Of a stretch of 64,000 bases of DNA, positions 40,619-56,060 are shown piece by piece; positions within the stretch are counted from its first letter, which is position 1, and each line of letters begins with the position of its first letter. The notes under the pieces are model-generated. The model saw nothing but the letters and a program-made list of their open reading frames with translations. It had not been told where the DNA came from and ran no database searches. Made by a program: the position numbers and the translations under genes. This DNA comes from the human T2T-CHM13v2.0 reference genome, Homo sapiens, in assembly GCF_009914755.1 (NCBI RefSeq), contig NC_060931.1; one strand, 5' to 3'.

Positions 40619-40838
40619 ATTTATTCAGGAGATTGAGCATGCTCTGGGTCTTGGCCCAGCCAAACAGTGTCCTCTTCGAGAGTTTCTCACCGTGTACATC
40701 AAAAACATCTTTCTCAATCAAGTCTTGGCTGAGATCAACAAGGAGATTGAAGGAGTCACTAAAACATCTGACCCTTTGAAGATTCTGGCCAACGCAGACA
40801 CCATGAAGGTGCTGGGAGTGCAGCGGCCTCTCCTACAG
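40619..40838 (+). CDS. EXOC4: Internal coding exon of exocyst complex component 4 (Sec8); 220 bp, phase 2 in, phase 0 out; recalled as exon 11 (about aa 505-578)
   Basis: The translation (R)[73 protein letters not shown] is recognised as Sec8/EXOC4. Acceptor ccttcttactgtttgtcctccag| ends at 40618; donor CAG|gtaata starts at 40839. The exon number is from memory. Confidence 0.96.
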
Positions 40839-42139
40839 GTAATAATACACTTTGAACTTACTATTTTTATCAGCAATTTTCATTGACTTGGCAAGTGTCA
40901 TAAATTTAAAAAAGAAGAATTACCATCTGTTTCCATATTCATCAGGGACAAAACAAAAGAAAATAAATAGGCACTAGGGAAATTTAGATTTAATGTAGTT
41001 GGATAATGGAAGTTCCTTAAGATCTTTAAGGAAAATTAAAAAAAAAAACGGTTAGCTTTGGATATGAGAGATGGTGAATCTCATTAACATGCAGGCAGTT
41101 CCTCATTATTATGCCTGGAATTGGTCCTTGAAAGGAACTATTTTTCCATTGGTGAATGCATCCCTGAGTATGAAGGATTAACAGGAAGGAAGCTATGATG
41201 CCCAACTTCAATTACCAGCAGGAAACCCTCTATACCTTTTAGGGGCAGACTTACCTTTCAATGACTTGGCTACCTCACAGGGAATTTGAACCAGTAAACT
41301 GGCCTTTAAAAGTCAAATCACTGAATTCACATGATGATCTTGTTAGTACTGAAAATTTTACTTTATATAAAAAAATGGTTTCTTAGCATCAGAAAAAATA
41401 AAATAATCTGTCAGTAGATTTTTTGATTAATAGGCTTGAGGCATATATTTTATATACATTTTAGCTGGTGACTTGGAGGTATATATAAAACTAAAACAAA
41501 ATTAGTAGGAGTTTAAATTATAGGTATACATTAACTATTATTACGTTGGAATTGAATCCTTATTGTGTTTCTTCATTTAAGAGTAGGATGGGCACAGTCT
41601 CACACTTTTACCTAAATTGTACAATATGAGACTATTCAACATGTGGAAGGCTTGAGCTTTTCAAAGAGAAGTTGTATATATGGAAGGGAGTTTTACTTGT
41701 TCCAGTTGCCTGCCCTTACCTGCCTTTACATATGTTTCCCTTGATTTTTCTTTGTATGTTAGAATTTACAGAAGTGCTGGACCTTTCTTAGAGAAGCGTC
41801 CTAGTTATGAGCATTCTTTTTTATGAGCAAGCTCTTTTATGATATTGATAAAATAGAATAGGAAGATGTTCATTTGGATGGTCTGGGTCTCTGTTAGCCA
41901 TGTGCCTGGTGAGGGATCTGTACTGAGTGTTGGGTGCAGAGAAGGGGGAATGCCAAAGGAACGTGCTTGCTCTTCCTTCTGCTGGATATCTCTTCCGGCT
42001 CTTTGCATGGCTGGGGTCTTCTCCTCTCTGGGTGTCACTTAAAATGTCATGTCCACTGGAAGGCTTTTCCTGACTGTCCTACCTAATTAGGTCCCCTTTC
42101 CTGGTTATTCTCCATTCTCCCATTTTTCCTTACCACCAG

Positions 42140-42605
42140 CCCCATCCATTGTCAATACTGAGGCCAAACCCTATGGACTGTGTCTGTGGACTGTGTCATG
42201 GAGGCCCCCTTGCCAGGTAGCTTCTGATCAGGTTCTGCCGATAGGCAGCACAAGTAGAAGATTGGAAAGTGGGAGGAGAAAGAGGGTGGGTGATTTCTTC
42301 TCCCCTTCCTCTTCACTTTGGATCATGGCCCTGGCTGTGAGTGCCTCCCTCCATAACAGGAGATCCTGCCAGGTGACACATCCTCCATAGCTCCAGCTCT
42401 CACTGGACTCTGGCAATGTCATTTCTTCTCCTTGCCTCTTGATTTCAGCTTTCTGCTGTTACAACCTCTGGATGCCTCAGTATCCCTTGTTCCTGCTTTC
42501 AACCCTGCCCATACCTCTGTAAGTTATTTCTTCATTCATATTTCTTTATTTGAATTATCTAAATGGAATACTTTTTTTTTTTTTTTGTCAAGATCCCAGA
42601 TAGAT
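42140..42605 (+). mobile_element. LTR33-like ERVL solo LTR interrupting an L2
   Basis: tggactgtgtcatggaggccccttgcc...gggaggagaaagagg...cctgcccatacctctgtaag. Confidence 0.7.
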
Positions 42606-42639
42606 CTCCCCAGTTAATCAGGATTTTAACACTTTGGTT

Positions 42640-42830
42640 TTTTCTTCCTAACACTTATCACAACCCTAATTATTAATTAATTTTGCTAACTTGTATATTT
42701 TCTATCCTTTCCCACTAGAAGGTAAGTTCCAAACACATATTATAATGTCAGGCAGCAGGAAGGTGCTCAATGAATAACTTACTGGATGAATGCATGTTGC
42801 ATGGATGGATGGATGGATGGATGGATGGAT
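42640..42830 (+). mobile_element. L2 3' end followed by a (GGAT)n tail
   Basis: cccactagaaggtaagttcc (L2 consensus cccactagaatgtaagctcc)...aggtgctcaatgaataac; (ggat)n at 42803-42830. Confidence 0.75.
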
Positions 42831-44434
42831 ACAGTGAATAAGTTTCGAGAGTCATAAGTACCCACAGAGTCAGAATAAGGAGATGAGAACTAGAGAGTAA
42901 CAAAAATATGTTTACTTTTATGTGTTGTCTGACCATATCATTAGCCTCATTTCCATCAGAAAGCCTTTCAGTATTTATTTCTCTGAAGTGTCACGCTATA
43001 TGCCATACAGAGCAACTTGAACATGTTTAGTGCACTGAATTTAAAAGGAAAAAAAAGGCATCAGTACATTACAGAGTGAGTCTGTGAACCAATAATACTG
43101 GCTTATTAAATGTGATAATTTGCAGCTTCAGTAGCAAAGATGCATTAAAACTCATAACTCATTGATCTGGGCCATGTCAAGGCCATATGCTACCAACAAA
43201 ATGACATATCTGGGCAGTCTGTCCATGTGCCTGTCAGATCACTCCCAACCTCATCACCGCCATTTTGTACATGTTACTGTGCCTCTTGTCCTTTAAGTCA
43301 CCGTGAGGCTAGGTAAGAACTCCAGCTTTACCTGTTCTCTCTTTGACCTTGTCAACATATAATTATATATAAGTGAATAAGTCTTGAGGCTAAGACCATT
43401 CAAGCTATTAACCTGCAAATTTTTTTTTCTAGAGTTAACACACCTGCTTCATTTTTTTTTTTTTTTTTTTTTTTGGTGATTATGTTGCTCTCCTTTTTTT
43501 CATTAAAAAAATTTATTTTATGAAAATGCAAATTATTTAAACCATATCACTAAGTTTGTTTAATATTCTCAGAGAGAGTTATGCAGTTTAAAAAGCAAAC
43601 AAGGAGATGGTTATTTTTTTTTCCTATCTTTGGTATTTTCCTGCCTTATAGTGATTGTAAATTGTTTTCTAATAATTCCCCATACTCAAGCTTCATTCTT
43701 TTTTTGTCTTCCTCTACAAGCACAGGGTGAATTTTATTCTTGAATTTTTTCTATGTTTCCTTAATATTTTATTCCCAGCTAATTGTAGGTGGCTAATCTG
43801 AAAAAAGAATAAGAAATAATTCTCAAAAATTTTAGCTGAGAATCCAAAACAAATGTTAAGAAGGAGCTTGGAGAAATATGTGTGTGCGTGAAAGATGCAT
43901 GTGGGTTAAATATTCAATTACAGGAAGTATAAAAATGTCCTTTAAAATTCTTCCCTTTGCTAAACTGTTGTTTGGTCACAGAGTAGAAGAGAGGACATGC
44001 CTTTCCCTGTGGCAACACCCAGTGTCACACAGCATCAGCCCAGCCGGATTCTCCAGGGAGGGTGGGAGGACAGCTGTCTCAGTGATGCTTCCAGTTGTTT
44101 GATAACGGACAGACACGGTGCCTAGGAGCCCTGTGAAGAGAACCCCAGGACACTTTGTCCTTGTCCCTCTGAAGTGGCATCTGGGCAGTACAGACACTTG
44201 GATTATTAGAGGCATTTCCATGGGTGCCAACATGTGTTCTCAGTGATTTCACTTTCTAGTCACAGGTTCCATAGGAGGGAAGGAAGGAAGTCAGTAGGAA
44301 GGAAGAGATGACAATCAGCATTTTATACCTAAAACACTGTGCAAGTGTTAGCCCAAGCTGATACAGCAGAGTAACACTAGTGGTAATAATAGAAGAAGTA
44401 AAAACAGTAATGATAGCAGTTATAATAGTAGATA

Positions 44435-44680
44435 GTAGTAATGATAGCAGCTAACACTTTAGTAGCATTTACTGTGAGTCAGACACTATTCTGGGTGCTT
44501 TGTCTGTATTGATTGCAAGTGTTTAAAATGTATGGCAACTCTGAGTGGTATTCTTTTTATGAGGAAGAAACTGAGAAACAATGAAATTAAATAACTTGCC
44601 CACAGTCACATAGCTGCCAAGTAGTAGAACTGTAATGCAAACCCAGGCGATGCAACCCTGGAGTCAGTGCTCCCAGCCAG
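44435..44680 (-). mobile_element. MIR SINE
   Basis: atgaggaagaaactgagaaac...aaataacttgcccacagtcacatagct. Confidence 0.8.
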
Positions 44681-44684
44681 TTCT

Positions 44685-45000
44685 ACCCAAAGTGGATTCT
44701 GAGGATTATGCTTGTCTGCAAGCTGTTTGTCACCAGTCTGCTATGAGACGTAGAGAATTTAGGAGTGAGCATTTAGACAATTTTTTTTAGCATTTTGACA
44801 TTGTCTGTTGAATCCAGTAATAAAAAATTGGGCCTCATGTTTTGTATATCTTTGTGGGTTTTAACATTTCTTTTTTCTAGCAATTCATTTTTATGTTTTA
44901 TAAAAGTATCAATGTGCAACTGATTGGGGATAAAAACTGGGCTCTCCATAGTTAGAGAAGAACTGTCTAAATCCCTTACTTTTCGGTACTGCCTCACAGA
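44685..45000. mobile_element. Old hAT-Charlie fragment (Charlie4-like)
   Basis: ctgtttgtcaccagtctgctatgaga...gagtgagcatttagacaatttt...aaaattgggcc; family tentative. Confidence 0.45.
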
Positions 45001-45809
45001 GAGGTAAAGCACAGAACCATCACTTTTACCCCAGTGCCTAAAGCATTTTTCAATAGATAGATAGAAAAGTGCAGATATGTGTTACAGTTGGGTCTCTCCT
45101 AAATCCCCAGCTCCTAGAATAGTGTCTGCCATAGAGGAAACACTCAATATTTAATAAATGGATGAATGAATGAGTGAATGAAAATGAATGAATGAATGAT
45201 GACTTCCTTAGTACCAGGACATGGCTGTGTTTTCTGCGCATGGTATAAAACTCATGGTCTTGGGTTTAAGATAGTTAATGGTGCTAAAATTAAAATGTCA
45301 CAGTTCTTATGCCTCTAATGCTCCCAGGATGACAGCAGGATTGGATACATCTCATGGTCTTACCATTTGAGATCCCTCTGTTGCCATCACTTTTTCTGCA
45401 GAATGGCCTCCACCTGTTGCAAGGAAAGCATGTTGATTCAAACTAAGGAAATACCTGAAGAGAAATTATTCATTTCTCCTGAGTCAGATTCTGAACACAG
45501 AGTTCTGGAAACAGTCCATTGAAGTGGATACCATCTCATGCTTTATATATCTCCCAGAGTACAAATTATTCATTCCTTAAACATGAGGAGACAGACGGAA
45601 CTGATTCAGTTCATTTCCCTGGTTTACCATTGATTTGGAGATGCCATTTAATTTATTTCTTCTTTGGTGTCTCCATCTGAAAAAAAGAGCGAGGGGACTA
45701 ATGCTTAAGGTTTTTGACCCCTTACCCATCAAATTGCTGAATAGGCAACTATCTATGTGAACAAATGGTACAAGCAAACTTTCTTCCTCTATCACCAATG
45801 GAATATGCC

Positions 45810-46090
45810 ATACCCTTGCTACTTAGAGAGTGTTCTGTGGCCAAGAGCATCAACCTCTGATGAGTCTGCATTTGTATAGAATCTCCAGATGATTTGTATA
45901 TACATTAGAGTTTGAGCAGCATTGCCTTATACCAGTGCAAAAGCAAGTGTGGCCCATGGACCGGGAGCATCAGTGTGGCCTGGGAGCTTATGAGAAATGC
46001 AGATTCCTGAACCTCACTCCACTCTGGAAATCTCTGTTCACACCAGCCCTCTAAGTGATTTTGGTACTCGCTAAAGTTTAAGAAGCATAC
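45810..46090. mobile_element. Two adjacent MER5-type MITE fragments
   Basis: aagtgtggcccatggaccgggagcatcagtgtggcctgggagcttatgagaaatgcaga...aaagtttaagaagca. Confidence 0.75.
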
Positions 46091-46597
46091 TCTTAACATA
46101 ACGTCGTCATGATACCCAGCGTGAAGTTAGGAAACGGGATCTAATGTTGTGGGGTTTTAGCTTTGTGGTGAACAACAGTAGTCATTTTTTAAAAAGTATT
46201 CAGCTTTGTTTCATGCAGGCCCAGGAATTGTAAAAACAATATTTGCTGCAGCAGCAGAAGCTGCTTCCTAGTCTAGCACATTGATTTTGCAAAGTTGTTT
46301 CCAAGTACAGGATGAGCCTACATTTTCTGGCTCATGCAGGGCAATGTGAGACAGAGGCAGCTTTTCTAATGCTCAGGCTTAAACTCCCACATCACTGGAG
46401 GAACAAACATAAGCTGTGCAAGTACAAATTCTGGGCAATCTTGAAATGTTTAGAGCATATTTTCATTTTCCTCTCTGCCCCAGTATTTGTCAGAGTAACT
46501 TTTGAGAAGTGAAATGGCTAGAATCCGCCTGCAAACACCACACTGTCATCTCTTCCTCTGCCAGCTGCACTTTCCACTTATATCTGCAGACTTAGAG

Positions 46598-46758
46598 CAG
46601 TGATTCTCACCAACGCTACCCATTAGAATCACCCAGGAACTTCCTAAAAATACCACTTCCCAGGTCCCATTGGTTGCTCAGGGGTGGGGCGTGCTTGGGC
46701 ATCAGTGTTTGGTATGATGCCCAGATGATCCCAACATGCAGCCAGAATTTGTACCTCT
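46598..46758. mobile_element. MER5A1-like MITE
   Basis: cagtgattctca...cattagaatcacccagg...gggcatcagtgtt...cagatgatcccaacatgcagccag. Confidence 0.7.
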
Positions 46759-46774
46759 GTCCTTGATCTTTCTA

Positions 46775-47115
<341 letters not shown>

Positions 47116-47133
47116 TACATACATATATATATA

Positions 47134-47177
<44 letters not shown>

Positions 47178-47198
47178 TATATATATATTATATATATA
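47116..47198. repeat. Interrupted (TA)n, about 83 bp, including (TA)17 at 47141-47174
   Basis: Direct read. Confidence 0.96.
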
Positions 47199-47269
47199 GT
47201 TGAGGCTTTATTTAATGCAGCCAGGTTTGTAAAAGACTGCTGTGTTGGATACTTTGAACCAAGCCTTGT

Positions 47270-47452
47270 ACATAAGCCTTGGAATCAGACACAAATGGAT
47301 TTAAATCTCAGCCATTTCATTTGATAGCTTTGTGGCTGTCACCAAATTGCTTAACTTCTCTGTACCTATTTCTTCCCCTATAAAATGGGAATCATAGAAT
47401 CTGTGTCACAGCAACACTCCAGTGATTAAATGGAGTAATGGGTGTAAAACAT
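47270..47452 (+). mobile_element. MIR SINE
   Basis: ttggaatcagacaca...cttaacttctctgtacctatttcttcccctataaaatggga. Confidence 0.7.
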
Positions 47453-47821
47453 GCCCTCTCCTTCCTACCCCGGGTCACCTGTGAGCAGGTCTCTGCGTTG
47501 ACTGCTTTGATGTGTTACCTGCCTGGCCCTTAACGCCTGCCTTCCTTCCTGAACTCTACTGACTGCACCCCAACCCCTGCCCTCTCTGCCCACATTTTCA
47601 ACCTGCGTCTTCTTCTCATCACCAGCTTGCTGTTTACGCACCTTCTGTTCTTTCTACTCTAGCACCCAGCTGGTAACTTCCCTTTCCTGCCTTCTACTAC
47701 CCTGGTGTGACAGCAAGAGATGATATTGTTTCACCTGCTTTCTCCTTTTCCTGGAGTTTGTCAGCTGGCCATTTATTAGCAGCAGAAGCAGCGTGCAGTA
47801 TTTTTGTCCATTAAAGCTAGG

Positions 47822-48232
47822 GGATTAGTTTCCTAGGGCTGCCATGATAAATTACCGTAAACTTAGTGCCTTAAAACAACACAAATGTACTCTTGCATAG
47901 TTTTGGAGGCCAGGAGCCACATTCCCTCCAAAGCTCTGGAGGACGATCCTTCCTTGACTCTTTCAGCTTCTGGTGGCTCCCGTGGATTTTTGGCTCTGGC
48001 AGCGTAACTGCAATCTCTGTCTCTATCGTAACGTGGCGTTCTCCCGTGTGTCTCCTATGTTTTCTTTTCTGGCTCTTGTAAGGATACTTTCATTGGATTT
48101 AGGGTTTGTCTTAATCCAGGACGATCTCATCTCAATCCTTACCTTAATTACATCTAAAAAGATTTCCAAGTTAAGTCACATTCTGAAGTTCCGTGTAGAA
48201 TTTTGGAGGGAGACACTATTCAGTCCACTACA
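47822..48232. mobile_element. MLT1B/C MaLR solo LTR
   Basis: attagtttcctagggctgcc...ttaaaacaaca...tttggaggccag...cactattcagtccactaca. Confidence 0.85.
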
Positions 48233-48318
48233 ACTCATAACTAGAATGCAATCGATTCAGTTTGCTATGTTTTCCTTGACGACTCTCTGGCAGGAAGCAG
48301 TGTGGAAGTATTGCCATT

Positions 48319-48639
48319 GGCTAGTCTGGGTGGTACACACCTGTAATCTCAATACTTTGGGAGGCCAAGGTGGGGGTATTGCTTGAGGCCAGGAATTCGA
48401 GACCAGCCTAGGCAACATAGCAAGCAACTGTCTCTAAAAAAAAAAAAAGAAAGAAAGAAAAAAAGCCAGGTTTCATGATGTATGCCTGTAGTCCCAGCTA
48501 CTCGGGAGGCTGAGGCAGGAGGGTTGGATCACTTAAGCTCAGGAGTTTCAGGTTGCAGTGAGCAATGATCATGCCACTGCACTGCAGCCTGAATGATAGA
48601 GTGAGACTCTGTCTCTAAAAATAAATAAATAAATAAATA
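48319..48639 (+). mobile_element. AluJ
   Basis: ttgcttgaggccaggaattcgagaccagcctaggcaacatag; (AAAT)n tail. Confidence 0.9.
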
Positions 48640-51600
48640 GGTATTCTGTTAAGGCAGTAGGCCCAGGATGGTCTAAATTCTAGATGTCAACAAGGTTCAA
48701 AGTGAAAGTTTTTGGTAGGCTGAGTGATTGCTGGAGCTCTTACTGAAAGTTGGTGGACACAGCTACTTACAGTATAATAATTTGCTAGAGATAATTATAC
48801 TGCTGCCCAAACCTATTATCTCCCCAGCCAAGCTAAGGCACTGCCAGTAACTTCTTCTGGTTTCCCGAGGAAGTGTGGCCAGCAGCAGTAGCGTATTGTT
48901 TTCATCATATCACATTATGTTCATATGAAGAATGTTGCATTTGAGTGGCATTTGCATCACAGCCAGTTGTTGCCCTTCCACTCTGGTAGAGAATAGATTC
49001 AGCTTTTATTAGTGTAAATAGATTAGTCCCATTTAAGGTCTGCTGGAAGTCATTATGAAAATCATTAGGTTGAAAAGAGAACTGATCAATTGATTTTTTT
49101 TCCCCCTGTAAGCTCTGAGAGATGGTGCTAATGGTCTCACTGTGCTAAAATAAGTCTTAGAACCAAGATGCCTTGGGGTCTAATCTGATTCTTCAGTATT
49201 TATCGATACCTAAAGAAACATTAACTTATCACTCATAGTTTTGATTTTCTTTGCATTTTACTCTTGTTATTTTATTTATTCACTAACAGTATTATTTTGC
49301 CTCTTCATGTCAAGAATAATGACTTGTGGCTACCTAAGACTTTATTGAGGAAGATGGAGTGGAAGATGCCTGTGTTCTTGTCTTTGTTTAGATTGTCCAG
49401 CACTCACCTGTTCACTTCCAAGATACCAGAGCAAATTAAATTTTTTATTGCTAATAGAGACTTTTGGGATCTGATAACATTCGTCCATGTTTTCAGATCA
49501 TTTTTATCAAGTTGTGTTACTTATGTATTGTTAATTCTATTACTTATTTAGTACATTTTAATTTTGTAGTTTTGTTGTGATTCTTCATAGCCATCTTTGA
49601 AAGTGCTTACTGCTACATTTCATCATGGTGAGGTGGGAAATGCATATAAAACATAGATTTGGTCTCCATAATCATCAGCTCAGTGACCTTAGACAAGTCC
49701 AAGCTACTTGTCTTGTCTGAGCTTCCCCTCTCTCATGTATAAAATGAGAATGACACTTGCCCAGACTTCCTCCAAAGACTAGGATGAGAAGTACTATGGT
49801 ATCATGGATTCAGTAGGGCTTTATGAAGTCTTCTACATATTGATCTGTTTCATAATTATTATTAGTGGTCCACATACCCACATGATTGCTCCATTCAGAA
49901 AAAAAATCCAACAGTGTTAACAGGAGTGGTGCTAAGAAAACACCTACATGAATAAAAATATTTTCTACCAAGTAGAAAGCCTCACTGATATTTACTGGTT
50001 TGTTTCATATATGATTAGACAACCAGTATAAGAACCTGGCAATATTTTTTCCCCAGTTTATCACAAAGATGTTTTAAATATACAAAAAATCAAGAAAAAA
50101 ATGTCCAGTGAACACCCACATACTCACCACCCGGATTCTAACATTAACATTCTTCTATATTTGTTTTATAGCATAACCAAACCTGGTCATTTTGATTCCT
50201 CTTCAGCCTTCACAGAAATGAATTCTGCGTCATTCCCTGAGTACCTTACCATGGTGCTGTTCCCAGTATTTTAATCTTAGAAAATCTGAACATACAAAGA
50301 GATACATTAGGTAAGAAAGTAGTTGCTTCAAAAGAGTATTTATTTTCTAAAAGTACTCATCCACACATTTCCTTCACATAGTGTCATGGAATAGGAAATT
50401 GACCAGCTCATTCTTATGATTAATCTATAAGTAGTGCCTTTATTGATATAATATTACAAAGGAACTTGTCCTCGTAACTGTTGATGAAGAAGGCTGTGAG
50501 TTGAGCCACTGAGAGATGATTTTTTAATATACCGGCAGAACAGGCCCATTATATGATCAAATTGAATTTCCATAAATATCATTAACTTATTGTCTTACCT
50601 TTGAATGAAAAAGAAACAGGATCTCATCTGAGTAGCTGGTTTTCTTAGAGAAGTTCCTAGTTAACTAGACTTCTGTAAGTAACTTTCTGCAAAGCAATGA
50701 CAGAAAAAAATTATTTAACTATATTTAAACTAGCTTCTATATAATATAGCCAGCTAGGGTTTTGGAATAATAACAGAGGGACTAGAGATAAACATTATTT
50801 TCATTTGTCTTCAGAAAATCATCTGCCACCAACCTTACACATTTTATAAGGATCCTTAATGATCTCAGCATTTTTTATTTTTGAGGTCAACCATTATTCT
50901 GAATGTTTTCTTCAACAATCTATCATCTCTCATAATGTATTTGGAACAGATTTTAGTTTAGATGCAACTTTTAAAGAATTCATCTACTACATCTGGGTTA
51001 CGAGGTCAGTTTAAAAAGAATGAACTGGAGGACTTTATCTCCTTGGGTAGAGGAGTCATGAGGGACTACTGAATGAGAAAGTAATTATAGTCAGTGACAC
51101 TTGTTTACCAGTTTTGCTTGGTGCCAAGAAACTTGTCTGAGCACGAGGCTGTTTCAGAATGACATCAATATAGGGATAACCCCTGGGTTTTAAAGGAAGT
51201 CTCTGAGATTACTTTCTATCATGAGTAAAGGAGCCCCACTGATGGTCGTCTTAGTTGTCACCTAGACTGTTCTATGAAACAGGGCTTATTTGGGGTAAGC
51301 ATTTTGAGGTTTTGATTGGCTACTGTCCATTTTGATCTTGTCTCAGCCCACTCCTTGGTGGATAAGCAGGAGAGAAGGTAATGCCTTATGACAGATCTGC
51401 TGACAGGAACTGAAATACATTAACACTCTGTCACTCAGATCTTTAGAGGGCTGCCTTTGCCTGAAATATATTTGACTTTACTTGCTAACAAAGGCATCTT
51501 CAGATTTATTTCTTTTCCTTAAATGTTAGAGAAGAGGAAGAGCGTCCCATTGAAAGATACTGGGAAGAGAAAAGCCTGGCTCGACAGCCCAAGCAAATGA

Positions 51601-52014
51601 TAGTTAGCATTCTTGGGAGCAGCAGAATTGCTGATCGTGCGAGATTACTAGTAGGAGCCAGATGAGTGTAGACAGAGAACTGCTGTACTTAGGAAATTTT
51701 TGAGGTTCTTATCCTAAGCAGTTTTTGCCCTATGTGGATGTTGCAGCTCTGGCTTAGGATGCTCCAGTGAGAAAATGAAGAGAGAGAAACAAGACTATCT
51801 CAGCTTCAAAGTTTAATGGCCATTTAAGATTAACATTTCAAGTAAAGCAGCTGCTTTTCTTCATGCTTTTCAAGGATCCTGCCCTACTCAAAAACTTGTG
51901 TGTACTTAATCTTAGCATAGACAATCTCAGATGGGCTGGTGAAACCTGATACATCTCTTATAACAAGAGTGACATGACACAGTGAAAGAATTTCCACCAT
52001 TGAAATTTTAATAA

Positions 52015-52700
52015 AATGAAATGATTAATATTTATTCGACACCTGCTTTGTGCTATTGCTAGACAAGGTGATGTGGGGATACAGAATAAACTTAAAGCAA
52101 GACTTCTTCTTCTCAGGAATTTAGTAGGGATCAATTAATTAGGAAACCGGAATTCCTCACACCTACAAATCCAAGAACAGTAAAGGACACTTTATAATTG
52201 AGTACTGAATGTGATGGTTTAGAAGATTTTCACTATAAGAGCTGAGGAGAGAGACACAGAAGGCTGGAGGATTCAAGAGAGACCTTAGGCAAGAAGTGGG
52301 CCCTGAGTCACTGTAGGATGTGTAGAAACGAAGAAGGCAGAGGAGAAAAGTGACCTGAACAACAGTCACAATGTAAGCAAAGACACAAAAGGTAAAACTG
52401 ACCATCGCGTGTTCTTGAGACAGTGAGAGTCTAAATGAGTGAAGGAATGAAAGGAGAATGAGAAATAAGGTTAACGGGGGCACAAAACTCTACCAGGGAG
52501 GTCTCAAACTGAACACACCAGTTTACTTTTGAAGTGAAAATGATACAGAATGGTGAAAGTTTTTAGAGAAGGTGCATGTTCAAATGGATGCACTTTTAAG
52601 GAGCACTGGGCCTTGGCAGTTCAGACAGGATTAGGAGGCAGAGAGCCTGGGGTCCCAGAGGCAGCTAAGGCAGGGATCCACTAGTTCCGCTCTGAAGGGG
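52015..52700 (-). mobile_element. Old L2 fragment(s)
   Basis: taatatttattcgacacctgctttgtgc..., aagaagtgggccctgag...; boundaries approximate. Confidence 0.55.
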
Positions 52701-53869
52701 AGACAGAAAGTTTTATGTGTTTCTCTCCAGACCAAAGTTTTGGGTGATGACATCATGGCTGCCTGAGATTCAGTGAGCCACAACGGTGTGCTGAGCTTAG
52801 CATTTGTCATCAGTCTTTTGAATTATTGTCCTAGTTGACCACACTACCCCAACAGTCTGACTTTCTCGGATAAATATTGCACTTCTGAATCTCTGTGAGG
52901 GTGTTCCCTGCTGAGCCCTCAAAGGCATGACCAAATGGGGTTCATCCTCACCTCTGTGTCCACAGGAGCAGCCATCTTGGCTTTAGCACACTCACGTTTG
53001 TTTAAAGATGAAGCTGTACATTTCTCATTCATTGCTTTTTTAGACACACAGGAGCTCTGTCAGTTAAAGTCCTGCTTTGGGGAAAAGGCAGCATGCAGCC
53101 AGTTCATTAACAGGTTATCTATGTCATTATGTCCTTTTTGGATTGTGCATATTGGAAATACAGTCTTTTGAGGAGGAAAAAAAAAGCCATCTAGGCTTCT
53201 AGTTTCCCTTTCTTTTTCTTCTTCATTTTTATCTCCTTTTTTCCCCTTTATAGTTACAGCTATTCCCCTGATGGATGGTCATATCTGTAGAGTCCAGAAT
53301 ACCCTGAGTATTCACTTGCAAATAGCTACAAAGTCAAATACAGATAACTACACTTAAATGAGAGCTATTCTCTACCTCTCCTCACTGCACACACACTACT
53401 TCTCTTTGCCCCATTTCAACCACAGGAGCTTAATTGCTTCTTCCTTTTTTTTCCACAAACATTTCGGAATTTGTTGTCCCCTTGGTCATTTCAAGGTCAA
53501 GGCTGCCTATCAGGCACTCGCAGAAGTGCTCCGGTGACCTTGCTTGCTGTGTTTGCCCATGGCTTCTGACGCTTTACCAGAGTGAGCAGCCTGCCCGAGC
53601 AGAGAGTAGGCTGGCCTGCCAGTTAATTTCTTGCCTCGTGAAGAGGAGGAGTACACTTTTCTTCCAGCCTTTCAAAATGTTGCTTTAGAGCCAAAAGAAA
53701 TCTTCAACACATAGTAGGCACTTACTTGCTAAATGAATAAAATGAAAATTGCCAACAGCTATGTTAAAGTGTGGCCTCTAGCTTACGTGTTTAGGGGTAG
53801 GGTACGTAAAAGCAAACCTCTGTTGTTTGCCAAGGAAAGGAGTATCAAATATTTGTGTTTGTAAAAAAT

Positions 53870-56060
<2,191 letters not shown>

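Noticed and set aside
40608-40886. The 92-aa ORF as a standalone gene
   Set aside because: Its start and last 15 residues are intronic; the real unit is the spliced exon 40619-40838
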